In this document: positions 8,532 through 17,239 of the stretch, one piece after another | How the letters are laid out: the number at the start of each line of letters is the position of its first letter | Numbering within the stretch: the first letter of the stretch is position 1 | Assembly: GCA_016764035.1 (NCBI GenBank) | Contig: JAESSQ010000253.1 | Location: 1-29,287 of the forward strand | Source of the DNA: Gammaproteobacteria bacterium | Lineage (GTDB): Bacteria; Pseudomonadota; Gammaproteobacteria; SZUA-229 | DNA length: 29,287 bases | Direction of reading: 5' to 3' | The notes under the pieces: model-generated | Told to the model about the DNA's origin: nothing | Seen by the model: the letters and a program-made list of their open reading frames with translations, nothing else | Databases searched by the model: none | Made by a program: the position numbers and the translations under genes

Positions 8532-10673
8532 ATGCACAGCGTAAACACATATAGCTTTCATCACATTGTAAAAGATCATAAACATACTAACAGGTTATTT
8601 TATGTCTTAAAAAAATCATCGATTGTTCTCAGCATATACTTTCTTTTCGGTTTGTTGTTTCAGCATGTATACGCCAACACTAAAAACTCTGACAACATTG
8701 ATCCTTATCAAGCACAACACGGGTCGGTCTGGTTGTTAGCAAACAATGACGAAAACAATGGCGTTTATCTCGAAGCCTTACAGATGCAAACCGATGTCGA
8801 TTTTAAAATTACAGGCCCTATTGTTCGGGCAAAAATTAAACAAACATTTAAAAATACAGGTGTATTTTGGGCTGAAGGCATTTATGTTTTCCCCTTACCC
8901 GAAAATGCTGCGGTTGATACATTCAAAATGATAATAGGCGAGCGTCATATTGAAGGACAAATAAAAGAAAATGTTATCGCCAAAAGAACCTATGAAAAAG
9001 CAAAACGAGCAGGAAAAAAAGCCAGCCTAATAGCACAACAACGACCGAATATATTTACCACCTCACTCGCCAATATTGCACCTGGTGAAGAAATAACCAT
9101 AGAGTTTACGTATCAGCAAGTACTCTCGTTACGAGACAATCGTTATCGATTACGCTACCCAATGGTCATAGGGCCACGTTATAACGTCAGTACCAATACT
9201 GATAATTCGACGGATAAAACACAAAGCACACATATTAATACTCAAACAGATTCAAAAAGTAACAGCAATAATCTAACACGTATCCATATCTTGTTAGATG
9301 CAGGTGTAAGCCTTTCACAACTCGAAAGCAGTTATCATAAAATACATATAAATCAGACCAGTGAAACGCGTTACAGTATATCAACCACAGGCGAGAACAT
9401 TATTGCCAATCGTGATTTCGAGCTAGTATGGCAGCCGCAACGAGATGACAACCCTGTAATCAGTATATTTAATGAGACACCTCATAATGATGACAGTTAC
9501 ACTTTGTTATCACTTCTGCCACCTGCATTAAATTATTTAGAACAAAAAATACATGCCCGGGATATCGTTTTTGTATTAGATGTATCCGGTTCGATGGCCG
9601 GCACATCTATACAGCAAGCAAAAGCTGCACTTTCCTCAGCACTAGATAATCTTCGTTCGATAGATAGCTTTAACATTATCTGGTTTAATCACTTGAGTGA
9701 AAAGCTATTCCCAACCACCGTGACCGCAACATCACACAATAAAGATTACGCTAAACAATTCATCCGCCAGTTACATGCTGATGGTGGCACAGAAATGTTA
9801 GCAGCACTTAAACTTTCTCTCCCAGATCAACAGGCTTTCTCACGCCTGAGGCAGATAGTTTTTATAACCGATGGCAATATCAATAACGAATCCGAGCTAT
9901 TTCAACTTATTACTAAAAACATTGGCAACAGTCGCCTGTTTACCATTGGCATTGGTTCTGCACCCAATTCGTATTTTATGCAAAGAGCTGCAGAGCAAGG
10001 CCGCGGCACTTTCACCTATATCGGCAACATTAATGATGTACATGAAAAAACTACGCAGTTATTTAAAAAGCTGGAAAACCCAGCACTGATTAATATTCAA
10101 CTACGCATTAATAACGATACAGATACTAACGACCAGTACGAAATATTTCCGAAAAATATCCCTGACCTTTACGCCAACGAACCCTTAACCATTTTAATAA
10201 AAGGTAAAAAAACACCTGAAACAATGACCATTAAGGGCGACTATGGAAATTCCGAATGGCAAACGAACGTAACACTAACAAGCACTGATAGTGCTGGCAT
10301 AAGAATAGCCTGGGCCCGTGAAAAAATTAAATCCTTAATGAATCAGCATCGTGAGGCCAACAACAATGTCGAGCGTGAACAAATAAAGCAGACCTTAACC
10401 AAAACAGCACTGCGACACAGTCTAGTCAGTCAATATACAAGTCTGGTCGCGGTAGATGTAACACCAACCAATACAGAAGGCCTTTTATACCAAGAACAAA
10501 TCAAAAACAATCTTCCTCATGGTTGGAAGATAAACACATCCAGCAGGAGCCTATTGCTTGCACAAACTGCCACCGATTCAACACTCAACCTGCTAATCGC
10601 TATAACATTTTTTATCATGGCAGCGATTCTGTTCAGTTTAAGAAAAACAACCTATAAACAACATAGCTTATGA
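8532..10673 (+). CDS. Marine proteobacterial sortase target protein (VIT + vWA domains, C-terminal sorting signal)
   Basis: VIT motifs (EGIYVFPLPENAAVD, QQRPNIFTTSLANI); vWA MIDAS DVSGSM, GGTEM and FITDG; C-terminal LAQTAT + TM + basic tail. ATG 8532 follows GGAG; the track start 8487 merely translates the hairpin. Confidence 0.9.
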   Translation: MHSVNTYSFHHIVKDHKHTNRLFYVLKKSSIVLSIYFLFGLLFQHVYANTKNSDNIDPYQAQHGSVWLLANNDENNGVYLEALQMQTDVDFKITGPIVRAKIKQTFKNTGVFWAEGIYVFPLPENAAVDTFKMIIGERHIEGQIKENVIAKRTYEKAKRAGKKASLIAQQRPNIFTTSLANIAPGEEITIEFTYQQVLSLRDNRYRLRYPMVIGPRYNVSTNTDNSTDKTQSTHINTQTDSKSNSNNLTRIHILLDAGVSLSQLESSYHKIHINQTSETRYSISTTGENIIANRDFELVWQPQRDDNPVISIFNETPHNDDSYTLLSLLPPALNYLEQKIHARDIVFVLDVSGSMAGTSIQQAKAALSSALDNLRSIDSFNIIWFNHLSEKLFPTTVTATSHNKDYAKQFIRQLHADGGTEMLAALKLSLPDQQAFSRLRQIVFITDGNINNESELFQLITKNIGNSRLFTIGIGSAPNSYFMQRAAEQGRGTFTYIGNINDVHEKTTQLFKKLENPALINIQLRINNDTDTNDQYEIFPKNIPDLYANEPLTILIKGKKTPETMTIKGDYGNSEWQTNVTLTSTDSAGIRIAWAREKIKSLMNQHREANNNVEREQIKQTLTKTALRHSLVSQYTSLVAVDVTPTNTEGLLYQEQIKNNLPHGWKINTSSRSLLLAQTATDSTLNLLIAITFFIMAAILFSLRKTTYKQHSL

Positions 10674-10706
10674 ATAACTTCATCAGCAATAACGCGAAAA
10701 ACCCCA

Positions 10707-11336
10707 ATGATAAAACCACGGCAACGACTTAAGTGGCGACTAAGCACGTTTGTCATAATAATATTATTAAGTATTAGTGTGTGGCAATTGGCTACTGCCG
10801 GATGGATACATGGAAAAGCCATCGTTGCACAACGATTACTGAATATTTCATGGCATCAGACAATGGCAAATGCTCGAATAAAAAACGCTGAAAACCTCAA
10901 TGTTAAAGACAAGGTTTATAAGCCATGGCCATGGGCCGACACCTGGCCTATCGCAAAACTTATCGTACCGGCGCATAATATTAAACAGATTATTCTTGCT
11001 GGTGATAGCGGTAATAGCCTGGCTTTTGCACCGGGTCACGCTTTTGCCAGTGCGCCACCAAATACCCACGGCACAAGCGTAATCAGTGCGCACCGCGATA
11101 CGCACTTCGCCTTCCTAAAAGATATTCGTTTGGGCGATGAGCTCTTTTTAGAAACGACAGATGAGACTCTTCATTACAAGATATATGATATGCAAGTCAT
11201 TGATAGTAAAACATTTGTATTACCACTTTCTACAAATAATAAAAACCTAGTGTTAGTTACCTGTTACCCTTTTAACAGTGTATTGTCGACAAACACATTA
11301 CGTTATGTCGTCTATGCCAAAAATATTGACCGATAA
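10707..11336 (+). CDS. Proteobacterial (class GN-type) sortase
   Basis: N-terminal TM; KPWPWADTWP; catalytic His in AHRDTHF, Cys in LVTCYPF and Arg in RYVV; directly follows its target gene. Confidence 0.93.
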   Translation: MIKPRQRLKWRLSTFVIIILLSISVWQLATAGWIHGKAIVAQRLLNISWHQTMANARIKNAENLNVKDKVYKPWPWADTWPIAKLIVPAHNIKQIILAGDSGNSLAFAPGHAFASAPPNTHGTSVISAHRDTHFAFLKDIRLGDELFLETTDETLHYKIYDMQVIDSKTFVLPLSTNNKNLVLVTCYPFNSVLSTNTLRYVVYAKNIDR

Positions 11337-11484
11337 TTAAAAATTTAATGATGATTTACTCTATAAATTACATTATCCAAAAGCCAACCACACTGTTCAC
11401 ACTCATATCAGGGTATTCCGACTTGCTCTAAATCATGTACAATTTAATGTGTACATATAATATTGCGCGCGACACCAGCACACC

Positions 11485-12489
11485 ATGAATTCTAACCATC
11501 AAAACCTATCACCCACGCTCATCGACCCGTTTGGTCGCCGCATCGAATATGTACGTCTTTCGGTAACCGATAAATGTAACCTACGTTGTTTTTATTGTAT
11601 GCCCGAAGGCTTCAAAGACTTCGAGCAACCCGACCACTGGCTAACGTTTGATGAGATCGAGCGCGTTATAAAAGCCTTTACCGAACTGGGTGTTGGACGC
11701 GTTCGCATAACCGGTGGTGAACCATTAGTAAGAAAAAACATCGCCGAATTATCCCAGCGCCTTACCATGCTACCTGGTCTGAATGATTTATCTCTTAGCA
11801 CCAATGCCTCATTGCTTACAAAACAGGCCAATGACTTGTTCGACGCCGGCGTTTCAAGAGTCAATATCAGCCTCGACACCTTAAATGCTAAACGCTTTAA
11901 AGACATTACCGGCAGTGACTTACAGCCTGTTATCGATGGATTGATGGCGGCTAAACAGGCGGGATTCCAGCCGATAAAAATCAACATGGTTGCCATGAAA
12001 GGCATCAATGATGATGAATTCGAAGCGATGATTGAGTTCTGTCTCGAACATGATTTCACCCTACGCTTTATCGAAACTATGCCCATGGGAGCCACCGGTA
12101 GTGATGCCACTGATCATTACCTTGACTTACAGACTGTCAAAAAACAGCTATCAAGAAAGTTTGAGTTTATCGCGGGTGTCATGCCAGGTGGCGGACCTGC
12201 CAGGTATGTACGAGTAAAAAACACAGACTTACGCATCGGGTTCATTACGCCTATTTCACAGCACTTTTGCGAAACCTGTAATCGTGTACGAATATCTGTC
12301 GATGGTACTCTTTATCTATGCTTGGGTCAGGATGATAAAGTCGAACTGCGCCCACTACTCCGCAGCGGTATAAGCGATGATGAATTAAAGACAATTTTAA
12401 TCGACGCCATAAAATTAAAACCAGAAAAGCATGAGTTTAAAGACAAACCCAACCAGGTCGTTCGCCTGATGAGCATGACCGGAGGATAA
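11485..12489 (+). CDS. moaA: GTP 3',8-cyclase MoaA
   Basis: YVRLSVTDKCNLRCFYC, RITGGEP, C-terminal cluster CETCNR...LYLC and terminal GG. Confidence 0.98.
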   Translation: MNSNHQNLSPTLIDPFGRRIEYVRLSVTDKCNLRCFYCMPEGFKDFEQPDHWLTFDEIERVIKAFTELGVGRVRITGGEPLVRKNIAELSQRLTMLPGLNDLSLSTNASLLTKQANDLFDAGVSRVNISLDTLNAKRFKDITGSDLQPVIDGLMAAKQAGFQPIKINMVAMKGINDDEFEAMIEFCLEHDFTLRFIETMPMGATGSDATDHYLDLQTVKKQLSRKFEFIAGVMPGGGPARYVRVKNTDLRIGFITPISQHFCETCNRVRISVDGTLYLCLGQDDKVELRPLLRSGISDDELKTILIDAIKLKPEKHEFKDKPNQVVRLMSMTGG

Positions 12490-12546
12490 GGCTGCACGGT
12501 TATCCCATAAAGCCTTTTACGAACTAAATAAAATGATAATAATCTA

Positions 12547-14070
12547 TCATTGCAGCATTTGCCGCTGCCTCTTGTTTGCAACACCTATCCGCGCTACTTT
12601 ATTATTCTTATTCATCAGTATTTCAAATGACGCTTTTTCTGCCGTGCGTTGATAATCTGCACTCATCGCTGCAAACAAAACCGCCTCATCGACATTACCT
12701 GTATTTTTTATACATTCAAATAACAATACGAATAAACGTTGTTGTGAAATTTTCCACGAGCTACCCGCTGCCTGATATAAATCATTGCTTAATTGCATAA
12801 AACAATCAAACGGTGCATCTTGCAACATTAAGGGCAGCGTATTTTTAAAACGACCTGAATTTGCGATCATGTCCCAAAAGCGAGCAAAACGGTTAACCTG
12901 TTGCATGGTAGTAAAATCAATATCACGCGTACTTAATATGTTATACGGCGGATTTGGGTTGTAACGTAACTGGTACGCATCATTATGTCGATTCAGTGGC
13001 ACACCTCGCAGACGTTTCAATATACCCAACTGTATCTCATGCGGCTTTAGGCCAATAAGTTGGTCAAAACTTTTTGAAAAATTTTCCAGGGTATCCGACG
13101 GTAAACCGAATATAAGGTCAGCGTGGATATAAGCGTATGTGTTTTCTTTTAACCAACGCAAATTTTCACAGGTTTTTGTATTATTCTGTTTTCGACTTAT
13201 CAATGCCTGAATGTCAGTATCAAAGGTTTGCACGCCTATTTCAAACTGCAATGCATTTTCAGGAAATTTTGCAATGACTGATTTTAAAGCATCCGGAAGA
13301 TTGTCAGGGACAACTTCAAAGTGCAGATATAAATCGTCTGTCATCCTTGCTAAAAAAAATTCTAGAATAGCGATACTGCTACGAACTTTTAAATTAAACG
13401 TACGATCAATAAATTTAAAGTTACGCGCTCCCCTTTGGTATAGTTTATCCATCTCATCTAGAAACACACCCAGTTCAAACGGTTTAGCCGTTTTATCTAA
13501 TGAAGAAAGACAGAACTCACATTTAAATGGACAACCTCGTGACGCTTCAACGTACATCAATCGATTTTTTATATCGTCATCGTTATAAAACTGATAAGGA
13601 AGTTTCAATTGGTCCAGTGGTAATTCATCACTTTGTATAACTCGGTTAAGCGGTTTATTTCCAGACAATATCAACTGACATAATTCACCAAAACTTTTTT
13701 CGGCCGCGCCCATAACAACATAATCGACAAGATCAACTACCGCAGGTTTGTCTGGCAAGTGACTAACCTCTGGCCCACCAAGAACGATGACGGTTTTTGG
13801 TGATATCTGTTTTAATAACTCGACCGTTTTTGTTATCTCAGTAACGTTCCAGATATACACACCGAAACCAATAATTTTTGGTTGCTGCTCTAATAATATT
13901 TCAGCAATATCGATGGGACGTTGTTGAATAGTAAATTCGTTGATGGTAGCTGAACCCTGTAAATCACCGAGGTTCGCATACAGGTAACGTAAACCAAATG
14001 CACTATGCATATAACGTGCATTGAGCGTAGTTAGGATAATCGGGAATTCAGTAACTTTTTTCATGAACAC
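12547..14070 (-). CDS. B12-binding-domain radical SAM protein (DUF4080-like C-terminus)
   Basis: N-terminal cobalamin-binding-like region (IGFGVYIWN, VLGGPEVS); EASRGCPFKCEFC; FEIGVQT; HADLIFGLP. Start at 14070 or 14064. Confidence 0.88.
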   Translation of the reverse strand: MFMKKVTEFPIILTTLNARYMHSAFGLRYLYANLGDLQGSATINEFTIQQRPIDIAEILLEQQPKIIGFGVYIWNVTEITKTVELLKQISPKTVIVLGGPEVSHLPDKPAVVDLVDYVVMGAAEKSFGELCQLILSGNKPLNRVIQSDELPLDQLKLPYQFYNDDDIKNRLMYVEASRGCPFKCEFCLSSLDKTAKPFELGVFLDEMDKLYQRGARNFKFIDRTFNLKVRSSIAILEFFLARMTDDLYLHFEVVPDNLPDALKSVIAKFPENALQFEIGVQTFDTDIQALISRKQNNTKTCENLRWLKENTYAYIHADLIFGLPSDTLENFSKSFDQLIGLKPHEIQLGILKRLRGVPLNRHNDAYQLRYNPNPPYNILSTRDIDFTTMQQVNRFARFWDMIANSGRFKNTLPLMLQDAPFDCFMQLSNDLYQAAGSSWKISQQRLFVLLFECIKNTGNVDEAVLFAAMSADYQRTAEKASFEILMNKNNKVARIGVANKRQRQMLQ

Positions 14071-14180
14071 ACATTATATCATCCCGTGAAACAGCAGCAC
14101 GGCATACATGGCGTGACAAGTTGACAGCAACAGACGAGGTTGACCATTGATGATTTCATGAGCCCGCTGGTTAGACAGCA

Positions 14181-15033
14181 TCAAACAATAAACTTACCTG
14201 TTTCTCGCAGATGATATTCCATCAATTCTATCTCACGTGTACCGGAATAATATACTTCAGGGTCTTCGGTGTAATCCAGACTCATGTTTCGTCCTTCATG
14301 ATCTACTTTATTTAATATGCTTTTAATGGCATTGAGGTGCGCCCGGTGTTTGTCATTACTGCGAATAACAGCCCAAGGACTAACATGACTATGCGTTCGT
14401 TTGAGCATTTGATATTTCATCTCGGTAAACTCGTCCCATTTTTCCTGCATTTGTATATCAATTTCTGACAACTTCCATTTTTTCAGATGGTTGGTTTCAC
14501 GTTCACCAAAACGTTTTTCCTGCGTTTCTTTAGAAACAGAAAAATAAATTTTATGAAATAAAATGCCACTTTCGACCAGGTCGTCTTCAAACCGAGTAAC
14601 GGTTTTCATAAAAGTGGTATATTGCTGTTGCGTACAAAAACCAAAGATAGGTTCGACCATGGCACGGTTATACCAGCTTCTATCAAACAACACGATCTCA
14701 CCACCACGTGGAAACTGCTCCACATAGCGTTGGAAATGCCATTGGCTTAATAGTACATTCGAGGGCTTACCCAGCGCGACAACACGGTAATGTTTTTCGT
14801 TCATATAACGAGTAACGACGGATACTGCCGCCTTTTCCTGCGGCGTCACGCCCTTCTATTAGAACTATCATTTTCTGCTGATATTTGTCGAGATGATCCT
14901 GTAACTTAATTAACTCAGCCTGATAAGGTTTCATCAGCTCGTCATCGATGTATCTTAAGTATTGTTCATATAAGGTGCGCTTAAAATCATCATCCGCTTG
15001 CTCTAAAGTTTATAAAAATTCATGGTAGTCCAT
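14181..15033 (-). pseudogene. ppk2: Polyphosphate kinase 2 pseudogene (premature TAA plus frameshift)
   Basis: The upstream frame reads MDYHEFL*TLEQADDD...LIKLQDHL...EGRDAAGKGGSIRR (TAA at 15012-15010). It shifts frame at about 14814 into (V)TRYMNEKHYRVVALGKP...FDRSWYNR...WKLS. Confidence 0.9.
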
Positions 15034-15152
15034 TTTCAGCCATCACCATTCATGTTAGATAAACATTACCTTATAAAATATAACTCACCATAGGTAACTA
15101 TATTGTTGACCAGTAGTAACTCACCGTTTAATCACAACCAATTTAAAAACCC

Positions 15153-16541
15153 CTAACTTTTCACCGGCTCACTGACCAGAAATAACCAGATAAAACCTGC
15201 CACGCCTGAAAATATTGAAGCAGCAAGAATGCCCGTCTTGGCCAGTAGCAATAATTCGTCGTTATGCGCAGAACCAAGCTGAGCGACAAATATCGACATA
15301 GTAAAACCGATGCCGGCCAACAAAGACACACCCGCAATCTGTGTAAATCGCGTGTCTTTCGGCAACTCTGCAATACCCAACTTTAATACTAGCCAGCTCG
15401 CCCCGGTAATGCCGATAAACTTGCCCAAAACCAGGCCAAACGAAACACCAAGCAACACGGGATGAGCAAAGGTCTCACTAAGTGAATCAAATGCTATCGG
15501 GATACCAGCATTGACAAGGGCAAACACCGGTATTATCAAATACGCCACCGGCATATGCCAGACATGCTCTAACCGTTGCAAAGGTGCTTCAACGCTATGT
15601 ACGCCATTCTCCAATGTCTGTACTACGGCTCGCAAGGCGTCATTAGTCATTATACTTTTACCCGGCTCATGACTTGCATCAAAACGTTTCATTAATGCCT
15701 TAACCTGCGCACTAAAACGTGCCGGGTCATATTTAGGTGTCGCTGGCACAGACAAAGCACCAATAATACCCGCCAGAGTGGCGTGTACACCTGATAACAG
15801 TAAGGCATACCATAACAGTAATGACACAATAAAATACGGTATGGCGTTACGAATGCCACTCAGGTTAAATATTATCAGTATGGCGAACAAAGAACCGGCA
15901 AGCATCAATGGCATTAATGCAATCGTTTCTGTATAAAACATAGCGATGACTAATACTGCACCCAGGTCGTCAACAATGGCCAGTGCGACCAGGAAAGTAA
16001 TCAATGCTTTTGGTACACGACTGGCCAAAAGAGCTAATGCCCCAATAGCAAAAGCAATATCGGTAGCCATAGGTATACCCCAGCCAGCCGAAGCTTCACC
16101 CTGCGGATTAATCGCAAAATATATCAATGCGGGTACAACCATGCCACCTACCGCTGCCGCTATCGGTAATATTGCATTACGTAATTCGGCTAACTCACCA
16201 ACTATTATTTCACGTTTTAACTCAAGGCCAACGACGAAGAAAAATATCGCCATCAGTGCATCATTTATCCAATGGTGCAGTGTCATTTTTATAACCCAGT
16301 CACCAATGCCGACACTGGCGTAGGTATGCACGATATGATTATACGTTTCTAAAAATGGTCCATTCGCCAAAAACAAAGCCAGTACAGTCATCCCCATCAG
16401 TAACAAACCACTGGTCGTCTGCCGGTTTATAAATTCATCAAATGGCGTAAGTAGTTTATCGAAACTTTGCTCCCAGGGCGCCTGATACACACCTTTTTTA
16501 ACCATTGTTTCAGTATTCTTATCTGTTGACATCACATCCAT
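15153..16541 (-). CDS. nhaA: Na+/H+ antiporter NhaA
   Basis: HWINDALMAIFFFVVGLELKRE, GWGIPMATDIAFA, LAIVDDLGA, GVHATLAG, GKFIGI and GIGFTMS. Confidence 0.96.
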   Translation of the reverse strand: MDVMSTDKNTETMVKKGVYQAPWEQSFDKLLTPFDEFINRQTTSGLLLMGMTVLALFLANGPFLETYNHIVHTYASVGIGDWVIKMTLHHWINDALMAIFFFVVGLELKREIIVGELAELRNAILPIAAAVGGMVVPALIYFAINPQGEASAGWGIPMATDIAFAIGALALLASRVPKALITFLVALAIVDDLGAVLVIAMFYTETIALMPLMLAGSLFAILIIFNLSGIRNAIPYFIVSLLLWYALLLSGVHATLAGIIGALSVPATPKYDPARFSAQVKALMKRFDASHEPGKSIMTNDALRAVVQTLENGVHSVEAPLQRLEHVWHMPVAYLIIPVFALVNAGIPIAFDSLSETFAHPVLLGVSFGLVLGKFIGITGASWLVLKLGIAELPKDTRFTQIAGVSLLAGIGFTMSIFVAQLGSAHNDELLLLAKTGILAASIFSGVAGFIWLFLVSEPVKS

Positions 16542-16589
16542 CCTGTTGCTTTTTTAATTTCATATGCACTACCAAAGAATAATTATTGG

Positions 16590-16735
16590 GAGCTTGCACA
16601 ATGTAGCGTTTTTGTCAGTGCAAGGCAAAAATTATTGAAAAAGCGCAGTTTACACAGAGCTTGATGCTACACACCCGCGCATTTTAAAACCATTGTTAAC
16701 GCAGCAATAGCAAAAAAAAACTTCGTGCACAGCTC
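16590..16735. mobile_element. Degenerate ~146-bp MITE/REP-like intergenic element with imperfect terminal inverted repeats
   Basis: Left end GAGCTTGCACAATGTAGCGTTTTTG versus reverse complement of the right end GAGCTGTGCACGAAGTTTTTTTTTG. The core GCAAGGCAAAAA...AAAAAGCGCAGTTTAC...GCATTTT...TTAACGCAGCA resembles repeats I recall from gammaproteobacterial intergenic regions (unverified). Confidence 0.45.
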
Positions 16736-17239
16736 TCTATTAAGATAGCTACTAAGGGCTTTTAAATAGGCAAGCTCTCTGTTTCGCCAAAGTACATCCA
16801 GATTGTCATAAATATTACAAAAATTATAAACGTCACCAAACCGATAACAAACTCACTCGGTTTATTCTTCTGTGAATCATTATTATTAGATGGCACCAAT
16901 CCAACTCCCCATTGTTAACGGCCTATATAAACTGCACATTATATTTTCGAACGTCATTATCGCTGATTATTATCCACGAGTCATCCATACTATGCCGCAC
17001 TATTTCAGGTAAATATTCGACAACCTTTTATTCATCAATACTAGCGAAAAACAGCAAAACACCTCTAAGCATAACAGTAGAATTTCCATTAATTTTCAAT
17101 CACTTACGAAAATATTAAGTGACCATCGATCATCGCCATACAAAAACACAAATTTTACATAAGTTTGCTTAAGTTTTTCATCATTCAACCGTTATTAAGT
17201 CATATGATGTACTTGCCCAACGGTAACGTTCGATAGTTG

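Noticed and set aside
11337-11484. Moco riboswitch or ModE box upstream of moaA
   Set aside because: No multi-stem GC-rich structure or ModE-like sequence is recognisable; a covariance-model search would be needed to exclude it fully.
15260-15290. NhaA AQLGSAH (where Phe might be expected) as a sign of decay
   Set aside because: A single substitution that cannot be judged without an alignment; all core motifs are intact.
16890-16910. TGGCAC upstream of the GGDEF-EAL gene as a sigma-54 promoter
   Set aside because: No GC at the -12 position.
16912-17118. 68-aa ORF in the nhaA/GGDEF intergenic region
   Set aside because: TTG start with no RBS and non-protein-like composition.
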